A stretch of DNA of 36,680 nt. Origin: Terrimicrobiaceae bacterium (GTDB lineage: Bacteria; Verrucomicrobiota; Verrucomicrobiia; Chthoniobacterales; Terrimicrobiaceae). The translations under genes and the position numbers were made by a program. Location: the NCBI GenBank assembly GCA_041752695.1, contig JBGSVZ010000125.1:1-36680 (forward strand). The letters run 5' to 3'. This document shows positions 1 through 9,158 of the stretch, piece by piece; position 1 is the stretch's first letter, and every line of letters starts with the position of its first letter. A model generated the notes under the pieces. The model was not told where the DNA came from and ran no database searches. It was given only the letters and a program-made list of their open reading frames with translations.

Positions 1-10
1 CGGCCGCATC

Positions 11-2071
11 GTGGCCCTGGGCGTCGCGGGAACGCGGGTGGAAGGGATGGACCTGCCCGTGGAGAAGGACGATCGGTTCCATCTGGGTTCCAATGCCAAG
101 GCGTTCACGGCCACGCTGGCCGGCATGCTGGTGGATGAAGGCAAGCTGCGCTGGGACAGCACGATCGGCGAGGTCCTGGGTGCGAAAGTGCCGGGCCTGC
201 ATCCGAAGCTGGCTGCGGTCACTCTCTCGCAGTTGCTCTCGAATTCGAGCGGCATTCCCTCCGACACTCCCGAAATGGAGCGGATCTATTTCCACGAACG
301 GAACTACGACCTGCCGCTGCCCGAACTCCGCCTCAAAGCCCTCGAGGATTTCAAAAACACCGAGCCCGTCGTGCCCTCCGGGTCGCCGTTCCAATACGCC
401 AACTTCAACTTCCTCATCGCCGCGGCGATGATTGACGCCACCGCGGGCGAACCGACCGAACATCTCTATTTCAAGCGGATCTTCCGCCCGCTTGGTCTCA
501 CTTCGGCCGGACTTGGGCCGCAGGCCACTACCGGCTTGTACGATGCGCCTGTCGGCCATTTTCCGCAAGCGGACGGTCCCGGTTCGCCGCGTCCTTGGGC
601 GGAAAGCGCCGACGTGCCCGGCCCCTTGCTCACCGTGGGCGGTGTGCACATGAACCTTTCCGACTATGCCCGCTGGGCGGCGTGGAACGCCGGCGGGGGA
701 CGGCGCGGACCCGCGTTGCTGCGGCCGGAAACCCTGGCCACCATTCACGCGGAGAAAGTGCGCACGCCCGAGCGTCCCAACCCGCCGCCCGGCACCCCGG
801 CGGCCGGTGGCTACGGATTCGCCTGGGGCATCCTCCAGTTTGCCTGGACGCCTCACCCGGTGCTCCAGCACAATGGATCCAACGGCCGGAATCTGGCGAA
901 GATCCTCGTGGATCCGAAGTCCGACCTCGCCATCGTCGCCACCACCAACATCGGGGGACGGCAGGCCAACGAAGCGCTGGCTGAGATCGAGAAGACGCTC
1001 TATCAGGAGTTTGCGAAACCCCAGCCGAACCCATCGCCCGGACGGGCCGAACAGATTCGCGCCGAGGTCCGTGAGCTGATGACCGAAGCCTCCCTCCGGG
1101 CGGTGATCCTTCGCGTCACGGTCAACGGACGTCCGCTGCTCACCGAGGCCTTCGGGGAGTCCGAGGACGCGGTGCCGGCCACCACCCGCATGCACTTCCG
1201 CATCGGCGCCGTGGCTATTGCCTACCTCGGGGTGCTGGCTTTGCAGTTGGAGGAGGAGCGTGTGCTCAGCCTGGATGATCCCGTAGGGCGTTGGGTGCCG
1301 GAACTGCCGAACGCCGGCACCGTGACCCTGCGCATGTTGCTCAACAACACCTCGGGCTACCCCGATTACGTGCGTAACCCGAACTTTATCAGCGCGTTTT
1401 ACGCCGATGTGAACCGGCAATGGACGCCCCGCGAGCTTCTGGAAGTGGCCTTCGAGGAGGAGCCGCTCTTTCCGCCGGGCACCAACTGGAGTTACGCCCA
1501 CACCAACTTCATTGCCCTGGGACTGGCTGTCCAACGCGCCACCGGTACCCCGCTCGGCAGACTGCTGACCACGCGGATTCTCTTCCCGTGGCAGCTCAAT
1601 GCCACGGCCAACCCCGCCACGCCCGCCATTCCCAAGCCCGTGCTGCATGCGTTCTCAGATGAACGGGGCACCTACGAGGACACCACCTTTTGGAATCCGT
1701 CGTGGACCCTGCCGCCGGGCGCGGTCATGACCTCGGACATCTTCAACATGGAGCGTTCGGCCCGCTTGATCGGCCGGGGTTCACTTCTTTCCCGGCGGTC
1801 CTTCCGCGCCATGCTGGCGCCGACCACCGCCGGGCTCGGACCCTTCAATGAAGACACCTTTTACGGCCTCGGTATTGTTGTTTCCAATGGCTGGTTGTTG
1901 CAGAACCCGCTCTTCCACGGGTGGGGCGGCACGATGGCGTATTTTCCCGACGAGGATATCTCCGTGGCGGCGGTCAGCACGCTTGGGCCCGCCGCGCAGG
2001 GTGACGCCAACTACAGCGCGGCGCTCCTGCGACGGATCGCCCGCATCCTGACGCCGGGGCATATTCCCTGA
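11..2071 (+). CDS. Serine hydrolase (beta-lactamase/AmpC-like family) with two tandem domains; 5' end probably lies before the window
   Basis: Domain 1 has RFHLGSNAK (SxxK), FQYAN (YxN) and HNG. A Pro-rich linker KPQPNPSPG follows. Domain 2 has FRIGAVAIAY, LLNNTSG and WSYAHTN. The frame is open back to the window start. Confidence 0.9.
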   Translation: MALGVAGTRVEGMDLPVEKDDRFHLGSNAKAFTATLAGMLVDEGKLRWDSTIGEVLGAKVPGLHPKLAAVTLSQLLSNSSGIPSDTPEMERIYFHERNYDLPLPELRLKALEDFKNTEPVVPSGSPFQYANFNFLIAAAMIDATAGEPTEHLYFKRIFRPLGLTSAGLGPQATTGLYDAPVGHFPQADGPGSPRPWAESADVPGPLLTVGGVHMNLSDYARWAAWNAGGGRRGPALLRPETLATIHAEKVRTPERPNPPPGTPAAGGYGFAWGILQFAWTPHPVLQHNGSNGRNLAKILVDPKSDLAIVATTNIGGRQANEALAEIEKTLYQEFAKPQPNPSPGRAEQIRAEVRELMTEASLRAVILRVTVNGRPLLTEAFGESEDAVPATTRMHFRIGAVAIAYLGVLALQLEEERVLSLDDPVGRWVPELPNAGTVTLRMLLNNTSGYPDYVRNPNFISAFYADVNRQWTPRELLEVAFEEEPLFPPGTNWSYAHTNFIALGLAVQRATGTPLGRLLTTRILFPWQLNATANPATPAIPKPVLHAFSDERGTYEDTTFWNPSWTLPPGAVMTSDIFNMERSARLIGRGSLLSRRSFRAMLAPTTAGLGPFNEDTFYGLGIVVSNGWLLQNPLFHGWGGTMAYFPDEDISVAAVSTLGPAAQGDANYSAALLRRIARILTPGHIP

Positions 2072-2230
2072 AACCGCACAAAGTTAAGGAGGGTTGGGAA
2101 AAACGGACTCTTACCCCTACCAAGCCTTTCCTGGAGAGGGAAATTGAGGGTCAGGCAGCATTTCTTTGCCGCTTTCGAGCATGCCTCGGGCTCGCTGACT
2201 TTGGCCTGATGTTCCTTTCGGACACGGACT

Positions 2231-3064
2231 CTACCGTCCAGAGGTGAGCGTCCAAAGCCAGTTTTCGGGCGCGTAGAGTTCTTGGAAACGTGCAGCCTGC
2301 TCGGCCGGCAGCAGCCCACTGACTTCGCGGAATGCCTGCTCGCTCATTTCCTTCCTTTGCCGGTCCCAGAGATCGAGTCCCGCCGCGGGCCGCGCATCGG
2401 CGTTCAGTCCGCGCGAAACGGCTTCACGATACACGGCCTCCAACCGGGCATCCACCTGCTGCCACTGCGGCTCCGTCAGGCCCACGGCTCCCTGCAACGC
2501 AACCGACTGGAAACGTGCGGCATTTTCCGGTTTCCAGAATTCCGCGAGGTTTTCTTCCTCGGCAAACATCGCCGCCAGCGCCGCGGATGTCGTGGCGAGC
2601 GCGTCCCGATCCTGCTCGTAATCCGTCGCTTCAGCCGATCCTTCTTCAGGCGGACCCGCTTCCCATTTTTGCCGAAACGCCGCCTGCCGGGCCCGCAATT
2701 GCCCCACCAGGACGGCGGCTCCCTCGAAGGTTTCCGGGACCTGCAAAGACGGATCAAGGATTTTTTCCATCACCTCCGTCCGCAAACTTGCCTCCGCATC
2801 CGCTCGCCGCTGCGCGGTCACCGCCTCAGCCAGCTGGCGGGTTAATTCGCGATTCGCCTCTCGGAGCTGGACGTTTTCCGCGGCGAGGGCCGAATCCGCC
2901 CGTTCCGCCGAAGGACCGCTCGGGGCCTGCGCTGGCACCGTTTGATGGGCAAACTGCGCCCAGTCTTCAGCGTTCGGGCGCTCCCGTAAAACCGAGCTTG
3001 CGAACCATCCGGCGAAAATACCGAGGCCAAGCGCCACGAATAATATCCGGGGGGAGCGGATCAC
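2231..3064 (-). CDS. Hypothetical membrane-anchored protein with coiled coil
   Basis: 277-aa ORF with an N-terminal hydrophobic helix (ILFVALGLGIFAGWFA) followed by a heptad-like segment; fills the gap between real genes. Confidence 0.7.
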   Translation of the reverse strand: MIRSPRILFVALGLGIFAGWFASSVLRERPNAEDWAQFAHQTVPAQAPSGPSAERADSALAAENVQLREANRELTRQLAEAVTAQRRADAEASLRTEVMEKILDPSLQVPETFEGAAVLVGQLRARQAAFRQKWEAGPPEEGSAEATDYEQDRDALATTSAALAAMFAEEENLAEFWKPENAARFQSVALQGAVGLTEPQWQQVDARLEAVYREAVSRGLNADARPAAGLDLWDRQRKEMSEQAFREVSGLLPAEQAARFQELYAPENWLWTLTSGR

Positions 3065-3143
3065 CCTCTGACGCTCACCGGTCCTTATTTTGATTGCAAT
3101 CCGAAAAGGCCCTGTGGAGGACTTCGTGGGCGACCGATCCGGG

Positions 3144-3169
3144 CAGCCTGAAGGCTGGACTCCAACATT
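3144..3169 (-). repeat. REP-like palindromic element (GGAG-type)
   Basis: Minus strand reads AATGTTGGAGTCCAGCCTTCAGGCTG with hairpin CAGCCT-TC-AGGCTG; intergenic; related copy at 19794-19819. Confidence 0.7.
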
Positions 3170-3217
3170 ACGCTTTTTCTCTGTGTCGCGGGGGGTGTCG
3201 TGTGGTTGAATTTTCGG

Positions 3218-4483
3218 GTGTTTGAGAAATCCCTTTTTGGCGAGCAGCTCGCCTGCGGTAGCGGTATTGAGGAACTAATGGACGACCTGGGCCGCGCCAT
3301 GGCCGGGGCGCACGGTCCGGTGCGCATGCTGGGAGGGGGCAATCCCGCGCATATTCCCGAGATGCTCGCGCTCTGGCGCACGCGAATGGCCGAGATCCTG
3401 GCGGACCCTCCGGCGTTCGACCACATGATGACGAACTACGACCCGCCCATCGGCAACCCGCGCTTCCTCAAGGCGCTGGCGGCGCTGCTCCGGCGGGAGT
3501 TCGGGTGGGACGTTGGACCGGAAAACCTTGCGATCACGGCAGGCGGACAGACCGCCTTTTTCCTGCTCTTCAACCTGCTGGCCGGCGAGTTTTCCGACGG
3601 CCGCCGTAAGAAGATCCTCTTCCCGCTCGTGCCCGAATACATCGGCTACGCCAACCAGGGCCTGGCCAAAAACATGATGCGCGCGGTGGAACCGAAGATC
3701 GAGTTCCTGCCGGGTCACCGCTTCAAATACCACGTGGATTTTGACCGGCTCACCATCACGGACGATGTGGCCGCGCTGTGTGTGTCGCGTCCCACGAATC
3801 CCTCAGGCAACGTGCTGACCAATGAGGAGGTGCACCGTCTCGATGCCATCGCGCGTGCTGCCGGTGTGCCTCTGATTATTGACAACGCCTATGGCGTGCC
3901 ATTTCCCGGGATTCTTTTTCGCGAGGCCGATCCCATCTGGAACGACAACATCATCCTCACGCTTAGCCTTTCCAAATTCGGCCTGCCCAACACCCGCACC
4001 GGCATTGTGGTGGCGAGGCCGGAAATCATCCGCGCGGTGGCGTCCATGACGGCGATTGTCGGATTGGCCAATTGCCCGATCGGCCAGACCATGGTCTTGC
4101 CGATGGTGGAGTCCGGCGAAATCCTGCGTCTGGCGCGCGAGGTGGTCGGGCCTTTTTACGAGCGAAAATCCCAACTCGCCCAGCAGTGGATCGCGGAATG
4201 TTTCGACGACTCCCTCGACTATCATGTGCATGTGAGCGAGGGCGCGCTGTTTTTGTGGTTGTGGTTCCGCGGTATGAAAATCACCGCTGAGACTCTTTAC
4301 GACCGGCTGAAGGAACGCGGCGTTCTCATCATCCCTGGCCACTACTTCGGCGTCGGCGCTCCGGAGGACTGGCGTCACGGTCACGAGTGCATCCGCCTGA
4401 GTTTTGCGATGGACGAAAAGTCCGTGCGCGAAGGCATCGCGATTCTGGCGGAGGAAGTGGCGCGGGGGTATCAGAGCGAGTAG
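3218..4483 (+). CDS. avtA: Valine--pyruvate aminotransferase (PLP-dependent, class I)
   Basis: SLFGE..SGIEELMDDL..MLGGGNPAHIP, PEYIGY, SRPTNPSGN, DNAYG, SLSKFGLP, EGALFLWLWF. GTG at 3218 chosen by analogy to the AvtA N-terminus. Confidence 0.92.
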   Translation: MFEKSLFGEQLACGSGIEELMDDLGRAMAGAHGPVRMLGGGNPAHIPEMLALWRTRMAEILADPPAFDHMMTNYDPPIGNPRFLKALAALLRREFGWDVGPENLAITAGGQTAFFLLFNLLAGEFSDGRRKKILFPLVPEYIGYANQGLAKNMMRAVEPKIEFLPGHRFKYHVDFDRLTITDDVAALCVSRPTNPSGNVLTNEEVHRLDAIARAAGVPLIIDNAYGVPFPGILFREADPIWNDNIILTLSLSKFGLPNTRTGIVVARPEIIRAVASMTAIVGLANCPIGQTMVLPMVESGEILRLAREVVGPFYERKSQLAQQWIAECFDDSLDYHVHVSEGALFLWLWFRGMKITAETLYDRLKERGVLIIPGHYFGVGAPEDWRHGHECIRLSFAMDEKSVREGIAILAEEVARGYQSE

Positions 4484-4836
4484 GGGAAACGCACCCGGGG
4501 ATCGCTTTTGGAAAAGTCCTTTCTGTTCCGGGTCACCAAAATGCAGCCCTCGCAGTCGGCCGTGGCAAGGATGATGGCGTCGGGCAATTTGAGGCGGAGT
4601 TTTTTGCGTTCCTCCACGGCTTTTCGAGCGACCTCGGGAGAAAGAGATAGGCTTTCCATAGATCGGAAAAGCGATTCGGCGGCTTCCTTCTCTTCGTCAG
4701 TATCTGCCCCGCACATGACCTCCATCCACGAGACGATCGAATAAAGCGGTTGGCTGTAACGGTTGAGTTCCGCCCGGGCCTTGGGGGATCCTTGAAGAAA
4801 GTCGATCAGGATGTCGCTGTCGAAAACGGCCTTCAT
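4471..4836 (-). CDS. vapC: VapC-family PIN-domain ribonuclease toxin
   Basis: MKAVFDSDILID, SIVSWME, LPDAIILATA, LVTRNRKDF; ATG overlaps the antitoxin stop (TGATG). Confidence 0.93.
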   Translation of the reverse strand: MKAVFDSDILIDFLQGSPKARAELNRYSQPLYSIVSWMEVMCGADTDEEKEAAESLFRSMESLSLSPEVARKAVEERKKLRLKLPDAIILATADCEGCILVTRNRKDFSKSDPRVRFPYSL

Positions 4837-5054
4837 CAATCCCACTCTCCGCGTAATTTTTCGACGAACTTCCGGGCATCGATCTTTTTGTTTTTCCAGG
4901 CACCAAAGGCATTTTCCCGGCCTGTCGCCTGCTTTTGAGAGAGCATTTGTGTCAGGGCCCTCCGGACCGCCTCGGCCCGGGAAATGCGCTCGGTTTTGCA
5001 CAACTCCGCGAGTTCACGGACCTGATCCTCCGGGAGGTCAATAATTGTTCTCAT
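4836..5054 (-). CDS. Ribbon-helix-helix (CopG-like) antitoxin, VapB-type
   Basis: MRTIIDLPEDQVRELAELCKTERISRAEAVRRAL is an RHH pattern; 72 aa, directly upstream of the PIN toxin. Confidence 0.88.
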   Translation of the reverse strand: MRTIIDLPEDQVRELAELCKTERISRAEAVRRALTQMLSQKQATGRENAFGAWKNKKIDARKFVEKLRGEWD

Positions 5055-5068
5055 GATGACGTTATCAT
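5053..5068. promoter_or_regulatory. Putative TA autorepression operator overlapping a -10 element
   Basis: Palindrome ATGATGAC-GTTATCAT with one mismatch; the minus strand has TATGAT 9 nt before the antitoxin ATG. Confidence 0.55.
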
Positions 5069-5071
5069 ATA

Positions 5072-5521
5072 TCATCCTCCGGCTGAGGACAACCTTGGTT
5101 TCGCGACCATTACCGCCGCAGCCATCCCCGCCAGCACGACATCGCGCAGGAGGGCAAAAGCCATGGCTGGCCGCGAAGGTTCGTCATTGTTGCCGAAGCA
5201 GGAGCAGGCGACGATGATATCGTTGGCCAACGCCCAACCGAGCGCGGCGATGAAGGCCACGCAAAGGAACAGAATGATCCCCGCTCCCCAGCGCGCGGTC
5301 CACGGGAGAAGGATGAACAACCCGCCGACAATTTCGACAAGCGGCAGCAGTTGGGAAATCGGACCGAGCCAGCCTTCGGGGATAAAGGTGAAGGGGATGA
5401 GGGCGATGGCGAATTGCCCGCTGGAAGTGGCTTTGATCGTTCCTGCGTAGAGGAAGACCCCCCCCAGAATCAGGCGACAGAGGAGAAGGACCGCACCGCG
5501 GACGGGAAAATTATTCCCCAT
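5072..5521 (-). CDS. MauE/DoxX-family redox-associated membrane protein
   Basis: RLILGGVFLYAGTIK, LPLVEIVGG, CSCFG, LLRDVVL; about four TM helices; overlaps the folP stop. Confidence 0.85.
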   Translation of the reverse strand: MGNNFPVRGAVLLLCRLILGGVFLYAGTIKATSSGQFAIALIPFTFIPEGWLGPISQLLPLVEIVGGLFILLPWTARWGAGIILFLCVAFIAALGWALANDIIVACSCFGNNDEPSRPAMAFALLRDVVLAGMAAAVMVAKPRLSSAGG

Positions 5522-6380
5522 TTTCCAGACGGTCGAGGGAACGAATGACCCTCCAGGCCATTTCGATGTTGTGCACGCGGAAGATGGCCGCGCCGCGTCG
5601 CATCCCGGCCACGATGCAGGCGGCCGTCGCGGGATCGCGGTCGCGCGGGTCGGGAAGGTCGAGCACATGGCCGATCACGCTTTTGCGTGAGACCGGCAGA
5701 AGAATCGGGCGTTCGAGCGAGGTGAGGGTTTCCAACTCGCGGTAGATGCGGAGATTATCGGGGGCTTGTTTGGCGAAGTCGATTCCCGGGTCGAGGATGA
5801 TCGACTCACGGGGGAGTCCCGCGGCGACGGCGAGGGCAATTTTGTCGGTGAAAAAACTCTGCAGTTCCGCGATGACGTCCCCGTATCCGACATGGGTGTG
5901 GGGGACCTTGGGGGCGCCGACAGAATGCATGATCAGCAGGCTCGCCCCGGCGGAGGCGCAGAGGCGGGCGTTGCGGTCGTCGGGCAGGGCGCTCATGTCG
6001 TTGAGGATGTTACCCCCGATCGCCAGCGCTGGACCGGCAACTTCGGGGCGCCAGGTGTTGATGGAAATCAGCGGCGGAAAAAGTTGCTCCGCGTCGCGAG
6101 GTAGGGCGGTGGCGACCGACGCGGCAAAGTGTTCCAGAAAAGGAGCGATGCGGTCGAGTTCTTGTCCAGGGGAGATGGCCGCGCGGTTCGTCCGGGCGCT
6201 TTCGCCGCCGACATCAATGATATCCGCGCCCAACCCGGTCATTTCCCTGGCCCGCTCCAGCGCCCAGGCGGGATCAAGGCGGCCATCGCCGGAGAAGGAA
6301 TCGTCGTTGATATTGAGGATACCCATGATGAGGGGACGCCTGGGGAAGGCGATGCGTCGGGAACGGGCGGTCAGTATCAT
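5511..6380 (-). CDS. folP: Dihydropteroate synthase
   Basis: IMGILNINDDSFSGDG, DIIDVGGESAR, ILDPGIDFAK, SRKS, FRVHN. Confidence 0.93.
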   Translation of the reverse strand: MILTARSRRIAFPRRPLIMGILNINDDSFSGDGRLDPAWALERAREMTGLGADIIDVGGESARTNRAAISPGQELDRIAPFLEHFAASVATALPRDAEQLFPPLISINTWRPEVAGPALAIGGNILNDMSALPDDRNARLCASAGASLLIMHSVGAPKVPHTHVGYGDVIAELQSFFTDKIALAVAAGLPRESIILDPGIDFAKQAPDNLRIYRELETLTSLERPILLPVSRKSVIGHVLDLPDPRDRDPATAACIVAGMRRGAAIFRVHNIEMAWRVIRSLDRLENGE

Positions 6381-6430
6381 CTTGTTTCGGCGGGGATTCT
6401 CTTTCAGGGTTGGCTGTCGTTGCAACTGCC

Positions 6431-7477
6431 ATGAGCTTTATTGAATCGATTTTCGCCAAACTGAAGCGCCACCCGAAGCGCATTGTCTTTCCCGATGGCG
6501 ATGACCCGCGCGTGGTGCGAGCCTGCCACGCCTTCTACGAAAAAGATGCGGGCATCCCCGTGCTGATTGGAAAACGTGATGTCATCGAACGCGTCGCCCT
6601 CACCGAAAAAGTGAGTCTCGACCATGTCGCCATCATCAATCCCGAAACATCCTCAGAGCTGCCGGCCTTTTGCGAGCATCTGGAAAAACTGGAGCGCTAT
6701 CGCAAAATGGGCATTAAGGACGCCCGCGCGCTGATGGTGAATCCGAATTATTTTGCCGCCATGATGCTGCAATACGGCCAGGCCGACGCGCTGGTGGGCG
6801 GGGTGAACAGTTATTCGGGTTCGCTGCTCCGTCCGCTCATCCAAATCGTCAAACCGCTGGCGCACGCGCCGTTCATCTCGGGCTGTGTGATTGCGCAATT
6901 GCCCAACAAGGACTTCGGCGACGACGGGGTGCTTTTTCTGGCGGATTGCGGCGTGGTGCCCGATCCGAACATGCAGCAACTGGCGTCGATTGCGGTGCAG
7001 ACCGGCATGTTGGCGCGGCAGGTTTTCGGGTCGCGTCCGCGAGTGGCCATGCTCAGTTTTTCGACCAAGGGCAGCGCCAAAACCCCTTCCACCGAAAAAG
7101 TCGCCGGTGCCGTCGAGATTGCCCGCCAACTCGCCGCGGACCTGCAGGCCGAGATCGCGGTGGATGGCGAAATGCAGGCGGATACGGCCCTCGTTGCCGA
7201 ACTCGCCGAACGCAAAATGGGGGCCAGTCTCGTCGCCGGAAAAGCCAACGTGTTGGTTTTTCCCGATCTCAACAGCGGCAATATTGCGGCCAAACTCATT
7301 CAATATCTCGCCGGGGCGAAAGTGTACGGTCAGATCCTCCTCGGCTTTTCCCGACCGGCGGCGGACCTCTCCCGGGGTGCAACGGTGGAAGACATTCTTT
7401 CCGTCGCCGCGATCGTGGGACTCCAGGCCATCGAGTATCGCAAGCTCTATCCTCCGACCGCCGACGCGGCCGCCTGA
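6431..7477 (+). CDS. pta: Phosphate acetyltransferase (short PTA/PTB type)
   Basis: KRIVFPDG, LADCGVVPDP, AMLSFSTKGSA, DGEMQADTAL, GKANVLVFPDLNSGNI, DLSRG. Confidence 0.88.
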   Translation: MSFIESIFAKLKRHPKRIVFPDGDDPRVVRACHAFYEKDAGIPVLIGKRDVIERVALTEKVSLDHVAIINPETSSELPAFCEHLEKLERYRKMGIKDARALMVNPNYFAAMMLQYGQADALVGGVNSYSGSLLRPLIQIVKPLAHAPFISGCVIAQLPNKDFGDDGVLFLADCGVVPDPNMQQLASIAVQTGMLARQVFGSRPRVAMLSFSTKGSAKTPSTEKVAGAVEIARQLAADLQAEIAVDGEMQADTALVAELAERKMGASLVAGKANVLVFPDLNSGNIAAKLIQYLAGAKVYGQILLGFSRPAADLSRGATVEDILSVAAIVGLQAIEYRKLYPPTADAAA

Positions 7478-8574
7478 TGAACACCACGACGCCCCGGCTT
7501 TTTATTGCCGCGACGGAGCAGAACACCGGAAAAACCACCACCTCGCTGGGCCTCTACGCGGCGCTGCGGAAGGACTTCTCGCGCATCGGCTTCATGAAGC
7601 CGGTCGGTCAGCGTTTCGTGGAGGTCGAGGGCAAACAAATTGATGAGGACAGCGTGCTCATCCGCGACACCTTCGGCACCGAGGTCCCTATCGAGGACAT
7701 GAGCCCGATTGCGGTGGAGCCGCAGTTTACGCGCCGCTACATCAATCACGCCAACCACGACGCGCTCGTCCGGCGCATCCGCCATTCGTTCGACCGGGCG
7801 GCTTGGGAGAAGGATTTTGCCATCATTGAGGGGACGGGCCATGCCGGGGTGGGCAGTGTTTTTGATCTCTCTAATGCCCGGGTCGCTAGCATCCTCAAGA
7901 CCAAGGTGCTCCTGATTACACCGGCAGGGATCGGGCGTCCGATTGACGAGGCCGCGTTGAACAAAGCGCTTTTCGACAAGGAAAACGTCGAGGTGATTGG
8001 CGTGGTGATGAACAAGGTGATGCCGGACCGGATGGACTCCATCGCCGACATTGCGCGGCGCGGATTTGAGCGCCTCGGGCTGGAGTTGCTGGGAATGATC
8101 CCCCGCGAGCGCATGCTTGCCCAACCCACGCTCGACCAGATCTGTGACAAGATTCGCGGGGAGTTTTTGCATGGCGAAGCCCGCGCCCGCAAACGTATCG
8201 ACAAGGCCATCATTGGTGCGGTGAGTTCCCGCAGCGTCCTGCGCGACGTCGAGCAGGACAGCCTGCTCATCATCCCGGGTGACCGCGAGGACGCCATCAC
8301 GGCCGTGATAGAGCGTTCGATGGAGGAAGACGGCGGTCCGTTCTGCGGCATCGTTCTCTCCGACAACCTCAATCCGAGCGACCGGATCCTCGACCTGATC
8401 TGTCAATCCCAGCTTCCCGTCATTGCCTCCGGCCAGGACAGCTACATGATCGCCAGCCGAATCTATTCCATGACGGTGAAAACCCTCCCGGGTGACACCG
8501 AAAAAATCGAACGCATCCAGAATCTGGTCAGCGAGCATGTGAACATCGCGCGAATTTTGGAGAAAATTTCTTAA
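7477..8574 (+). CDS. BioD-like P-loop + DRTGG-domain protein (free-standing homologue of the N-terminal region of long Pta)
   Basis: ATEQNTGKTT Walker A, GFMKPVG, IIEGTGH, IIPGDRED; TGATG coupling to pta. Confidence 0.85.
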   Translation: MNTTTPRLFIAATEQNTGKTTTSLGLYAALRKDFSRIGFMKPVGQRFVEVEGKQIDEDSVLIRDTFGTEVPIEDMSPIAVEPQFTRRYINHANHDALVRRIRHSFDRAAWEKDFAIIEGTGHAGVGSVFDLSNARVASILKTKVLLITPAGIGRPIDEAALNKALFDKENVEVIGVVMNKVMPDRMDSIADIARRGFERLGLELLGMIPRERMLAQPTLDQICDKIRGEFLHGEARARKRIDKAIIGAVSSRSVLRDVEQDSLLIIPGDREDAITAVIERSMEEDGGPFCGIVLSDNLNPSDRILDLICQSQLPVIASGQDSYMIASRIYSMTVKTLPGDTEKIERIQNLVSEHVNIARILEKIS

Positions 8575-8657
8575 ACCTCCCTTCCTAAGATCCTTGGGCG
8601 GCACGTGCCGCATGGAATGAACCTTGGCCCGCACTGGAAAAGCGCTACCGTCGTCGC

Positions 8658-9005
8658 ATGCAGGTCACCAAAGTGAAATACGCCCTCTGGGCTGCCGATT
8701 GGCAGCGTTGTCTCCATTTTTATCGGGACCTTTTTGACGGTGCCGTCACGATGGAGTCCGAAGTGTGGAGCGAGGTTGTGATCGCGGGAGCCACCCTGGG
8801 AATTCACGGCGGCGGGGAGGGCAAACGAACCTGGACCGGTCTCACCTTTCAAGTGGATGATCTCCGCGCCGGTCTTGTCAGGCTGAAAGCCTGTGGAGGC
8901 GGACTTACTCGCGAGCCCTCCGACACCCCCGAGGATCCTCTCCATCTCGCGATGTGCATCGATCCCGATGGCAACGAGTTTATGATGACCCAAAAGCGTT
9001 ACTGA
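8658..9005 (+). CDS. VOC/glyoxalase-family protein
   Basis: FYRDLF, LTFQVDDL, CIDPDGNEF; 115 aa. Confidence 0.85.
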   Translation: MQVTKVKYALWAADWQRCLHFYRDLFDGAVTMESEVWSEVVIAGATLGIHGGGEGKRTWTGLTFQVDDLRAGLVRLKACGGGLTREPSDTPEDPLHLAMCIDPDGNEFMMTQKRY

Positions 9006-9158
9006 GGCCGGCTCGGGTTTGTTCATTGGTGGATAGATCCCGCCGGGGGCGGCGGCACCCGTCCTGGTTTGGCGGAGGGTTGCAAAAGCTTCGTCCAGGT
9101 CCCTTGGCAATTCCCCAACATTGACACTGGCACGCCTGTTGCTTCTAATCCCCGCACT

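Noticed and set aside
6946..7476. Long N-terminal extension of the DRTGG protein (542-aa ORF)
   Set aside because: It overlaps pta in another frame and has Arg-rich junk composition; the real start is the coupled ATG at 7477.
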